Shown: piece by piece, positions 18,772-28,049 of the stretch
How positions within the stretch are numbered: the first letter of the stretch is position 1
How the letters are laid out: every line of letters starts with the position of its first letter
Origin: an uncultured Desulfobacter sp.
Lineage (GTDB): Bacteria; Desulfobacterota; Desulfobacteria; Desulfobacterales; Desulfobacteraceae
Direction of reading: 5' to 3'
DNA length: 64,000 nt
NCBI GenBank assembly: GCA_963665095.1
Contig: OY762069.1
Location: 1,600,001 to 1,664,000 of the forward strand
The notes under the pieces: model-generated
Database searches by the model: none
Told to the model about the DNA's origin: nothing
Seen by the model: only the letters and a program-made list of their open reading frames with translations
Made by a program: the position numbers and the translations under genes

Positions 18772-21504
18772 CTATCGTTTCATGGATATCACCGTGCTCA
18801 TCATCTCATCCACGGTACTGATAATTTTGGCATTGGCTTCATAGGCATTCTGCAGTTCGATCATCTCAACAAACTCCTCGGAAATATCCACGTTGGATGA
18901 TTCAAGGCAGTAGGACGATATGGTGCCAAGGCCGTTTTCGCCGGCTTTATTGGTAATGGCAGCCCCACTTTCCGTTGTAGCGGCATACAGGTTTGAGCCC
19001 ACGCTTTCAAGGCCGTTGGGGTTGTTAAAATCAGCCAGAGCCACTAGAAAAAGGGCAATTTCCTGACCATTGGAGTAGGTGCCGGTGACAAGACCGTCTG
19101 AATCCACCTCAACCCCTGTCAGGTCACCGGATGCATAACCGTCTGCATCCTGATAGGTGGTGGAGGAGGAGGTGGCATACTGTGTGGACGACAGGGAGTC
19201 ATTTATCCAGTTGTTACCGTCCCAGCTGGAACCGATATTAAATGAAATATCGGTTTCGGTTGAACCGTAACTGCCGCCAAGAAAATCAACTGTAAATTGC
19301 AGGTAGCCGGTATCTTCGGCTTCGTCCATTGTCACTTCACGCCAGGCGGTGGATCCCTCGATATCAAAGGTAATGGTGCTTGAGTCTTCATATGGATCCG
19401 TGTCTGTGCCGCTTTTAAGTTTCTCTTCAAAGGTAAAAACAATATCATCTTTGTCGTCTTCATTGCCTGAACCATCCAGATCAATGGAGATATAGGTGGC
19501 ATCACCTGACAGGGTGGCATCACTGTATTCAGACGGCGGTACATCCGGATCCACATCAAAGGTGAATGTTTCACCGCCTGAAAGGGTGGTTGTGGCACCG
19601 GAAGTAACCGCAATAGTTACATCGGCAGAGGAATCGCCATCAAAATCTATGGAGACACTGTTGTCTGTTGTAGTCAGAATTTCAGCGTCTGCGTATTCTG
19701 CAGGCGGTGTCGGATCAATGGAAAAGGAGATAGTCTGGCCGCCACCGGTTGTCATGGCCTCATCCAGGGAGTATTCAATGGTGGAGGCACCGGCTGAATC
19801 AGACGAATAGACAGTGACCTGAACCCCGTTCTCATCGCTTTCAGAAGCAACAATGGAAACCGTAAGGCCCCCGCTGTCAGTGACGGACCATGACGTCCCG
19901 TCCCATGTCAGCTCAATATCACTGGTGGTGGCAATGGCACCTTCTGATCCCGACTCAATAATGGATAATTCCGGTTCGCTGTCAATTTCAAGACTATAGG
20001 ATTCACCAGATATATCATCCTCTTTCAGGGCCTCATTCCAGTCCCAGTCCGTACCGTCAAACCTCAGGCTGATATCTTCAGACACCATGGTCATGACATC
20101 GTAGTCTGTGATAGTGATATTGCCTGAATCTGTGCTGATTGCTGCGTATGTAGTGGTCATATCGCTGATGAGCGTACCGTCTTCTGCAGCTTGTTCAGGA
20201 TTGCTCCAGGCCCAGGTCTCTGTATACGGATTCCAGACAAGGGAAAGGTCTTCGGCATCAGAGGTCATAACACCGGCATCATTAATTGACACAGTGGTGT
20301 TATTATAAGCATCTCCTGTGTAAACGGCATTTTCAATATCCTGGACATGAAGGTCTGTGGGGTCATTAATATCAAAGGTGATTGTGTCCCCGGCCATGGC
20401 ATATTCGTCCAGGGAAATTTTCAAGTCTGCCTCTTCTTCGCCGCCGCTGGAGTCAGGATCAAGTACAATGTAAACTGTTGTTTCATCTGAATAGATGATC
20501 TCAGCATTGCTGTACGCATCCGGAAGGGTGGATTCATCCAGCACCCAGTTGTCCCCGTCAAAGGTCATGGAAATGCCGTAGCCATCCACCAGCATAGCTT
20601 CGGAATCTTCGATCTCAAAATGGATATCATCAACGGCATTATTTCCTGATGCCTCCACATTGCCGATCTGCCCGGTCAGTTCCTCCATGGTCATGGAGAC
20701 AATTTCCCCGGAGCTTTCAGAAAAAGTGATGGTTCCCCTGGCCAAAAGCCCTGCCGAATCCGTATCAGTCACAAGACTGCGGCTGTCCTCATCCGGATCA
20801 CAGCAGATAATATACTCCCATTCAGTGTCTGATTTTTTATCATAGTAAACAGTTACTTCATGGGCAGATCCCAGGGAGTCGTACACGGTAACAACAGTCT
20901 GGTATTCGTAACCGTCAGAGTCCACGGTTGTCTCTTCCTCTTCATCATACTCAAAAAGATTGGACAGTACTGTGGCAAGCGATTCCGCATCTGAATCCAG
21001 ATTGGTAATCACGATGATTTCTTCCGTATCGTCCGGAGGAGACGTGAACTCAGTCAGAACAAGATCTGTTATGGCACCGTATTCCTCGCCGGTGTCCCCA
21101 TCCACATACCATCCCTGGAGAATATATCCGCTGGAGTTCACCAGTGCCCCTGATTCATCAAATGAAAAATTACCGGCTCTGGTATAGAAAGTCTCTTCAG
21201 ATCCTTCTGCAGAGACCACAAAAAAGCCGTCGCCGCCAATGGCCAGATCAGTGGAGTTGCTGGTGGTTTCAAGTGAGCCGTCCGTAAATACCTGTGACAC
21301 TGTATCAATGGACATACCAAGACCCACCTGGGAAGCGCCTGCCTGGGTGCCAATGGTCTGGTACAAGGTATCTGCAAAGGTGGAAGTCCCCTTTTTAAAC
21401 CCCACCGTATTAATATTGGATATATTGTTACTGGTTACCTGAAGGGCGCTGCCAGTGTTGGTCAGACCGCTGGTGCCTGCGTAAAGGGAACTGGTTAATG
21501 ACAT
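18772..21504 (-). CDS. flgE: Flagellar hook protein (910 aa)
   Basis: SLYAGTSGL...SNNISNINTVGFK, DLAIGGDGFF, YTRAGNF, LESSNVDISEEFVEMI..QNAYEANAK. Confidence 0.96.
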   Translation of the reverse strand: MSLTSSLYAGTSGLTNTGSALQVTSNNISNINTVGFKKGTSTFADTLYQTIGTQAGASQVGLGMSIDTVSQVFTDGSLETTSNSTDLAIGGDGFFVVSAEGSEETFYTRAGNFSFDESGALVNSSGYILQGWYVDGDTGEEYGAITDLVLTEFTSPPDDTEEIIVITNLDSDAESLATVLSNLFEYDEEEETTVDSDGYEYQTVVTVYDSLGSAHEVTVYYDKKSDTEWEYIICCDPDEDSRSLVTDTDSAGLLARGTITFSESSGEIVSMTMEELTGQIGNVEASGNNAVDDIHFEIEDSEAMLVDGYGISMTFDGDNWVLDESTLPDAYSNAEIIYSDETTVYIVLDPDSSGGEEEADLKISLDEYAMAGDTITFDINDPTDLHVQDIENAVYTGDAYNNTTVSINDAGVMTSDAEDLSLVWNPYTETWAWSNPEQAAEDGTLISDMTTTYAAISTDSGNITITDYDVMTMVSEDISLRFDGTDWDWNEALKEDDISGESYSLEIDSEPELSIIESGSEGAIATTSDIELTWDGTSWSVTDSGGLTVSIVASESDENGVQVTVYSSDSAGASTIEYSLDEAMTTGGGQTISFSIDPTPPAEYADAEILTTTDNSVSIDFDGDSSADVTIAVTSGATTTLSGGETFTFDVDPDVPPSEYSDATLSGDATYISIDLDGSGNEDDKDDIVFTFEEKLKSGTDTDPYEDSSTITFDIEGSTAWREVTMDEAEDTGYLQFTVDFLGGSYGSTETDISFNIGSSWDGNNWINDSLSSTQYATSSSTTYQDADGYASGDLTGVEVDSDGLVTGTYSNGQEIALFLVALADFNNPNGLESVGSNLYAATTESGAAITNKAGENGLGTISSYCLESSNVDISEEFVEMIELQNAYEANAKIISTVDEMMSTVISMKR

Positions 21505-21586
21505 GGGGTTCTCCTTAACATGGAAAAAATTTTATACGTTGAGCTGCGGCCGGCATAAAAATGTACCGGCTCATTTACAGCATTTT

Positions 21587-22720
21587 TTATTCAACAGTGG
21601 TTATAGTTGATACGGAGATCAGACGGCCGGTATCTCCAATGACAAGGTATTGGGTACCATCCACATAGCTGACGGCAGTAACTTCGCCGCTGATGGGGGT
21701 GGTGGCAGACCCGGAATCCGTTGTTACGGTATAGTAGTAAAGCCCGTCCGATGCCGAGTAACCCGTTGAGGAAAGCCCGTTCCAGGTGACTTCATTGGTC
21801 CCTGTGGTAGTGTCATCGGCATCCACTTCTATGGTGGCCACCTCCTCATCACTGGCATTGTAGATCGTGATGGTGACATCTGATGTGGTTTCCAGATAAT
21901 AGGTCAGGGCATCCCCCTGAACCTCGCTGTCCTCTACCTGGATAATGGGATAATTGGATGATACGGTCATACCTAAGTACTCAAGAATGGAGGTGGACTC
22001 ATCTGAACTTGATGAAGATGAAGCGGATGTCACGGTGGTAACATCTTCCGGATCCACCAGTACCCCGCTGACAACCAGATATCCTTTGCCGTCCTGGTAA
22101 CTCACCGCATCCACGGTGCCGGTAAGGTAACTTTCCACCTCATCATACCCGTCCCCGTAATTGGCCATGACCACATAGGAGTATTCACCGTCGTCCAGGC
22201 TGTTCCCCTCGTCGTCCGTGCCGTCCCAGGAGATAAGATATGATCCGGCCTCCACCTCTCCCTGGGACAGTGTGGCCACCTGGGAGCCGTCTTCGTCATA
22301 CACGTAGACAATCACTTCAGCCGGTTCATCCACCTCATAAAAACCTGAGGTGACAGAACCGTCATCAATGGTCATGGACGTAACCGATGCCGTGACTGTC
22401 AGCCCCACATAGGAATTGGCATCAATATCATCTTCAGAAGCTTCCAACTCTTCTGTCATTTCATCGAGCTTATCATTGACATTGATGAGCTGTTCCACCT
22501 GAGTGAACTGGGCCAGCTGATCGGTAAAATCATCTGTATCAGCCGGGTCAAGCGGGTTCTGGTTTTCAAGCTGGGCCAACAGAAGGGTTAAAAAATCCTC
22601 TGTTCCCAGATCATAGGTCCCTTCACTGGTAGTTGACGTATCTTCAGCATCATAAGCTTCGTAGCTTGAAATCAGGGACGAAAGAATGCTGTTTCCTACA
22701 GATGAAGTTGAATCGGACAT
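21587..22720 (-). CDS. flgD: Flagellar hook capping protein with duplicated Ig/Tudor-like module
   Basis: FLTLLLAQLENQNPLDP...QLAQFTQVEQ; two FlgD-Ig-like repeats (WDGTDDEG...DGEY and WNG...DGLY). Confidence 0.94.
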   Translation of the reverse strand: MSDSTSSVGNSILSSLISSYEAYDAEDTSTTSEGTYDLGTEDFLTLLLAQLENQNPLDPADTDDFTDQLAQFTQVEQLINVNDKLDEMTEELEASEDDIDANSYVGLTVTASVTSMTIDDGSVTSGFYEVDEPAEVIVYVYDEDGSQVATLSQGEVEAGSYLISWDGTDDEGNSLDDGEYSYVVMANYGDGYDEVESYLTGTVDAVSYQDGKGYLVVSGVLVDPEDVTTVTSASSSSSSDESTSILEYLGMTVSSNYPIIQVEDSEVQGDALTYYLETTSDVTITIYNASDEEVATIEVDADDTTTGTNEVTWNGLSSTGYSASDGLYYYTVTTDSGSATTPISGEVTAVSYVDGTQYLVIGDTGRLISVSTITTVE

Positions 22721-23255
22721 TTCCAGCTCCTTATGCTGTCGATTGTGTTATTGTCTTTAAGATCGTTTTAAACCTGTCCCAAGACATCTTTTCCTGCAGG
22801 TATTTAAACCAAAATAAATGCCGAAAGCCTTTAATGGCAGGGATTGCCAAAGCAAAAACATCAGATGTATCAAAAGATTATTTTCTAAACTTTTGCACCA
22901 CCACCGGACTGTGAATCTTCTTATTTCTTCACGAACTTTGGATCAAAACTGATAGTAAATGGCGGTTGAAAATCAGAACAGACTCGAATTAATCATATGA
23001 AACAAAAACTTAAAAAGAATGTCTTTGCCCTAACTAAATTCGGATGCTTCCTCTTCTTCAAAAGGAAAATTTTACCCATCCTTCTGATTTTATTAATTTA
23101 CCAGTCATATACAACTAAAGGGCGGATTTAAAATTTTTATTTGAATGCAAATCTCACTTATTTAGTTTTTTCGTTTTTCACCAATGATGGAATTATTGAA
23201 ATTTATATTGCGATTAATCAGTTGAGACATAGCAATTTTGTGATGTTTCCGCCTT

Positions 23256-23283
23256 TAAAGAATGGGGCGTTTACAGGCGATAC
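23256..23283 (+). promoter_or_regulatory. Candidate sigma28 promoter of fliD
   Basis: TAAAGA-N14-GGCGATAC, matching the motif upstream of fliC. Confidence 0.65.
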
Positions 23284-23351
23284 ATGCTCCAGGACACCCG
23301 GCAGAATTTTCCTGCTCCGGGTTTTTAGTAAAGCGTTAAGGAGAATAGACC

Positions 23352-25412
23352 ATGGCAACCGGCACCATTACCTCACTTGGACTGGGCTCTGACCTTGACC
23401 TGCAAAGTCTTCTGGACACCCAGCAGGAAGCGGATGAGACAATTAACGACCTCAAACTGGATGAAATTGAGGAACTTGAAGCGGAAGAAGAAGCGCTGAC
23501 ATCCGTTCAAAGTGAGCTTCTGGCCATGAAAGCCAGTGCCCTGAATCTGTCTTTATCCTCCACCTATCTCTACAGAGATGTCAACTCTTCGGATGAAGAT
23601 GTGGCTACGGCCACAGTGCTTGATGGAACAGATACCGGAACCCACACCGTTGCAACAACGCGCCTGGCCTCCAACAGTTCGTATATGTCCGACGGATTTG
23701 AATCTGAATCTTCCACTGTGTATGTTCCCACCACGCAACAGTCCACTGACAGCTATGAAAGTGTTACAGATACCATACTGGAAGATGGAGACACCCTGAC
23801 CATCTCATATGGGGATGAAGATGGCCCCACCACTTTCACCATCACTGCTGCCGGGGACATGAGTGTTGAGGAACTGGCGGAGGCGATTAACACGGATGCG
23901 TCCAATGTGGACGATGACGGCAATACACTGGTAACGGCCAGCACCTACCTGGATGATGATGGCAGTATTCATATCCAGATTGATTCAACCTCGGAAGGGA
24001 CCGGAGAAGACAACCGCGTAGAAGTATCAGGGTCAGATGGTGTCACCTCCTTTACTGCCCCCACCCTGGAACTTTCTTTCAGCGTTGGAGACGGTGAGGT
24101 GTTTACCATCTCAGTACCTGCGGAAACAACCCTCGAAGATCTTGCCGAGCGGATTAATGATGCGGATGATAATCCCGGCGTTACAGCCACAGTTATTTAC
24201 ACAGGCACCGGTGACAATCCGTATCAGCTGGTTTTAGAGGCCGATGACAGTGGTGAAGACAACCGGATTACCATTGTCAGCAATGTGGAAGCATTAGGCC
24301 TGACCGAGTCAAACGGTGACGGCTACACCATGACAGGGGACGAATCCATCTCCTTTGAATCCGCTGTTACCATCGATGACACAAACAATACTATTGTATT
24401 TGAAGAGGTGGATGAAGATGGGAAGAGTGTCTCTGTGACAGCCCGGATTGATGCAGGCACCTATGATACCGCAGAAGAGCTGGCTGAAGCGGTTGAGTTA
24501 GCCCTTGAGAACGCCTCCAAAGAAGATGGCAATAATACGGACTACTCAGTTGAAATCGACTCTGAAACCGGATTAATGACCATTTCAGAAGCAGGCACCC
24601 TGGAAAGCGTGACCATTAACTGGGAAGATGACACCTGTACTGCAGCCGACACTTTAGGCTTTACTGAAACCAAAACCATCACACCCATGGACTCCTCACT
24701 GAATGCCATGGTCACCGTTGACGGCATTACCTATCAGCGCCAGGAGAACACAGGCATTGATGACATTATTGACGGTGTGACCCTGAAACTGTACTCCACA
24801 GGAAACACCACCATTACCGTGGAAAACGATACAGAAGATATTGTGACAGAAATCACAAGCCTTGTGGAGACTTACAACACACTGCTTGCTGAGATCGATG
24901 AAAATGATGACTATGACGATGATGAGGAAACCTACGGAACCCTGGCCCAAAGTTCCACTATCAGAACCCTGAAAACCTCATTGCAGGACCTGATCACCTC
25001 GGTGGTGGATACAGGCGGAGACATTACAAGTCTTCTGGATATTGGTATTGAGATTGATGAGGATGACGGCACGCTCACTCTGGATGAAGAAACCCTTGCA
25101 CAAGTATTGGAAGATAACTATGACGAGGTTGTCGCCCTGCTCAAAGGCACAGACGATGAAGAGGGTTTAGGCGATGTTCTAAATGATGCATTCGGTTCCT
25201 ACGCCATCTCTGACGGATATATTCAGAATGAAATTGATGCCATTGAAGACAAAATTGACCGCCTGGAAGAGGACTATGAGGAAGAAGTAGAGCGTATTGA
25301 AAAAAAATATGAAATTATGGCGGCAGAATACACAGAGCTGGATTCCTACCTTTCCGAACTTGCCAATATTGAAAGCTATATTGATACCATGATGTCTACT
25401 GATGATGACTAA
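23352..25412 (+). CDS. fliD: Flagellar filament cap protein
   Basis: ITSLGLGSDLDL, VDGITYQRQEN.IDDIIDGVTLKL, coiled-coil C-terminus; 686 aa. Confidence 0.93.
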   Translation: MATGTITSLGLGSDLDLQSLLDTQQEADETINDLKLDEIEELEAEEEALTSVQSELLAMKASALNLSLSSTYLYRDVNSSDEDVATATVLDGTDTGTHTVATTRLASNSSYMSDGFESESSTVYVPTTQQSTDSYESVTDTILEDGDTLTISYGDEDGPTTFTITAAGDMSVEELAEAINTDASNVDDDGNTLVTASTYLDDDGSIHIQIDSTSEGTGEDNRVEVSGSDGVTSFTAPTLELSFSVGDGEVFTISVPAETTLEDLAERINDADDNPGVTATVIYTGTGDNPYQLVLEADDSGEDNRITIVSNVEALGLTESNGDGYTMTGDESISFESAVTIDDTNNTIVFEEVDEDGKSVSVTARIDAGTYDTAEELAEAVELALENASKEDGNNTDYSVEIDSETGLMTISEAGTLESVTINWEDDTCTAADTLGFTETKTITPMDSSLNAMVTVDGITYQRQENTGIDDIIDGVTLKLYSTGNTTITVENDTEDIVTEITSLVETYNTLLAEIDENDDYDDDEETYGTLAQSSTIRTLKTSLQDLITSVVDTGGDITSLLDIGIEIDEDDGTLTLDEETLAQVLEDNYDEVVALLKGTDDEEGLGDVLNDAFGSYAISDGYIQNEIDAIEDKIDRLEEDYEEEVERIEKKYEIMAAEYTELDSYLSELANIESYIDTMMSTDDD

Positions 25413-25414
25413 TA

Positions 25415-25523
25415 AGCTGCCGGCTAAACTTTGCTCATGTGGGACTTACACCCACGGGATAACAGTATCGAGTTTCATCCTCCTGTTCGGTTGAATCCCA
25501 ACGATTCGGATTTATCTGGACAC
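25415..25523 (-). mobile_element. 5' fragment of a group II intron RNA (domain I start)
   Basis: Minus strand reads GTGTCCAGATAAATCCGA...GTGGGTGTAAGTCCCAC...TAGCC: GUGYG-like start and GGGT-GNRA-GTCCC hairpin typical of domain I; truncated at the fliD stop. Confidence 0.55.
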
Positions 25524-25537
25524 GAGCAGCGTTTTGT

Positions 25538-26439
25538 GTGTGCCGGGCACGGCACGTGTTCTTAAAAGTGAGTCAAACGCAAACGATTTCAATGCGTTTG
25601 GCAAGTCTCAGACCCAGCCGGATGGAGGCCAAGGGTGTAGTGGTAGTGCAACGGGGGTACCGGTGACGGTGCTTCGGGAGGAAACCGCCTTGCTGAGGCA
25701 AGGTACCACGAAGGTACGGGATAACGTACAGGAATTGGATATAAGGCGCACATACCGGGACGAGCCTGCACAACAAGGTGAAGTCCTCTATCCATTACAG
25801 GGTATGTCCGTAAATCCGGCATTCACGTACTGAAAGACACGTGTTTACCCCGGGAGATCTCCCATGTGCCGGATTGGCTGAGGGCCGGGTAACTGGTCCT
25901 GACCGCATGGGAGAAGTCAGCAGAGGGCATAGTAACCGGTGGAAACGAGCCCTGCAAACCAGAGAGGACTCACCCCGGTGAAGGCCTGAACGGTGCCCGG
26001 TCCGAAGGGTCCGGGTAAATGATAACGACAAATAGGAGATGAGTACTTGTGAACAGATCGCCACAGCAGTTGGAACTGTTTCCAGCGTCACAAATTGCCG
26101 AACGTCTGGGAAACAATGCCCGGTTAATGGAGATGATTCTTGAACGTAACAACATTATCCTGGCATGGAAGCATGTCTGTGCAAACAAGGGTGCCCCAGG
26201 AGTGGATGGCATGAAAACCAGCCAGCTTGGCAGCTACCTTGCAAAGCACTGGCCTGAAATCAAACAAGACCTGCTGGAATGCAGGTACAAACCGCTGCCG
26301 GTTAAAAGGAAGGAAATCCCTAAACCGGATGAAAGATAATACGCCAATATTTAAGAGCCGGCGTGATGGTCGCAGGCGTCACTGTGACCACGGAAGAGGG
26401 AACTCCCCAGGGAGGCCCTCTTTCACCGTTGCTGTCCAA
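25538..26439 (+). mobile_element. Truncated group IIC intron (5' RNA domains plus broken RT)
   Basis: Starts GTGTGCCGGGCACGGC after TTGT; candidate EBS1 ACAA at 25773-25776; GAAGTCAGCAGAGGGCATAGTA and GAAGGCCTGAAC motifs; followed by an RT fragment; domains V/VI not seen. Confidence 0.85.
26049..26439 (+). pseudogene. ltrA: Group II intron reverse transcriptase/maturase remnant
   Basis: AWKHVCANKGAPGVDG...YKPLPVKRKEIPKPD, then in another frame KIIRQYLRAG...GTPQGGPLSPLLS (RT4); internal deletion, no YADD. Confidence 0.9.
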
Positions 26440-26445
26440 ACCGGA

Positions 26446-26992
26446 TGGCCACTTTAAAATCCCCCACCCGTGGCCGGGTCAAAATCCCCCGGCGACAGAA
26501 TATTAAGATCTAAGTTATGCTCTCAATATTTTTCATTTTCTCCTTTTTTCATCCCTCTTTATTATTGGGCAGCCGGGAGAGCCGCTGGGCGGCCTCTTTG
26601 AGCCGGTAACTCTTCCCTTCAAATTTCAGCAGATGACCATGGTGAAGCAACCGGTCCAGTATGGCCGATGATGCTGCATTGTCTTTTAGAAGCAGACCCC
26701 AGTCTTCAATGGATCGATTGGAAGTGATCACGGTACTTTTCCTTCTGGCATATCGGTTAATGATGACATCCAGCAGGTAGTCAGCTGCATCTTTAGGCAT
26801 TTTCTTCCGGAGGAACAAATCATCAATAACCAAAAGATCCGCCTGTGTAAACAGTTTGAAGACCTTTTTTCGATTTTGAATCTGCTCAGCCTCAACCATG
26901 TCTTCAAAAAACACATGGGCTTCCCGGTAAACCGTTTTCTGGAACAATTGGACGGACGCATGGGCGATGGTCTTGGCAATATGGCTCTTCCC
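26446..26992 (-). mobile_element. IS21-family element remnant A (terminal repeats plus 3' istB)
   Basis: Tandem sub-terminal repeats TGGCC..AAAATCCCCC at about 26446-26490, downstream of an istB fragment; exact end uncertain. Confidence 0.75.
26549..26992 (-). pseudogene. istB: IstB ATPase C-terminal fragment beginning inside Walker A
   Basis: GKSHIA...DLLVIDD...STVITSN...W...AILDRLLHH...GKSYRLKE; N-terminal part missing. Confidence 0.9.
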
Positions 26993-27019
26993 ATTATGTA
27001 AAGCTTTACATAATGGGAA
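26988..27019. repeat. Perfect 32-bp palindrome joining two istB fragments
   Basis: TTCCCATTATGTAAAG|CTTTACATAATGGGAA. Confidence 0.95.
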
Positions 27020-27425
27020 AACACATATTGCGACTGCTTTAGGTAACCAGGCCTGCCTGAAAAACCATACAGTTCTGTTCTCTTCTGCCATTGATATCGT
27101 CAACAATCTGATGGCAGCCCAGAAGGCGGGTCAGTTAAAGCAGGAACTGAGAAAATACCTCAAGCCAACTTTGCTGATCATGGATGAACTGGGCTACCTG
27201 CCTATTGACAAGATTGGGGCAGACCTGTTGTTCCAAATTATCAGTCAGCGCTATGAGCAAGGAGCCATCATAATAATCACAAACCGGGTGTTCAAAGATT
27301 GGCCGGAGATCTTCAACAATGACATGACATTAACATCAGCTTTGCTGGACAGGCTTCTTCACCACACCGAGCCTGTGGTCATTGAGGGTAAGAGTTTTAG
27401 AATGAAAGATGTGACGGAAGAATAA
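27015..27425 (+). pseudogene. istB: Second, distinct IstB C-terminal fragment beginning inside Walker A
   Basis: GKTHIATALG...LLIMDELGYLP...LLFQIISQRYE...ALLDRLLHH...GKSFR. Confidence 0.9.
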
Positions 27426-27524
27426 CAAAGCCGAGGCCGGTCTACATGCGTCTGGAGGCCGGCCCTTTAATCGCCTGCATTTTTAAACCGGGAGATTTAT
27501 GACATGTTCACGCCCCGCCTGACA
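27015..27524 (+). mobile_element. IS21-family element remnant B
   Basis: istB fragment followed by an IS21-like right end finishing ...CACGCCCCGCCTGACA; AT-rich DNA follows. Confidence 0.7.
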
Positions 27525-28049
27525 CCGTTTCAAGTTCCCTTCAACCTCATAAATAGCACTTTAAAATCAAAAACAAAAAAAACAGGCTATAGTGGAAAAT
27601 AAACATTCCCTGTTAAAAATTGCAACAGTCACTTTAATGCCCTGTTAAATGGGACTTAATATATTTGTTCATTTCCAACCTGCCTATCTTTATGAGCCTA
27701 ACTCTCATTGGGGACCCCAGACATATGAAAAAGAACGATGATTTATCAGTATCACAGAACACAAAGAGAATAAACAAGGAATGTGTGTGGTAAATAATAT
27801 TATAATATCAAAAACTTGCCACAGTTTATAGCTATGATATTGATAATTCTTTCATGCATGCCTCCAACGTTATTGATTTTTAGGAAAATGATACGGGGCT
27901 ATTCTATAACTTATCGGGAAAGGGTTTCAGGGGATTTGATGTAAAATATGGGGATTGATGTTTTGTGTTGGGGTTAGGCCCTGTTGTGTCTCTCAACGCT
28001 AAAAAAAGCTATGGGTTGGAAATACGGTTGGAATATATTTTTCCACTAT

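Noticed and set aside
22805..22855. sigma54-like motifs upstream of flgD (TCGGCATTTATTTTGG on minus; TGGCAGGGATTGCC on plus)
   Set aside because: The first lacks the -12 GC; the second has the wrong GG-GC spacing.
25413..26439. Retron, DGR or CRISPR-associated RT system
   Set aside because: RT motifs and the upstream RNA are group II intron-like; the RT is broken; no TR/VR pair, msr-msd or cas genes were seen.
26988..27019. Palindrome as the chromosomal dif site (xerC is in the window)
   Set aside because: Arms are back-to-back with no 6-bp spacer and no XerC arm; the geometry is wrong for dif.
26549..27425. ORF-track proteins 26549-27106(-) and 26967-27425(+) as intact IstB
   Set aside because: Their N-termini are read-through across the palindrome (both contain FPLCKALHNGK); the Walker A GxxGxG is broken and there is no istA.
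27525..28049. AT-rich spacer as an ncRNA or small gene
   Set aside because: No convincing ORF, RBS or stable structure could be supported.
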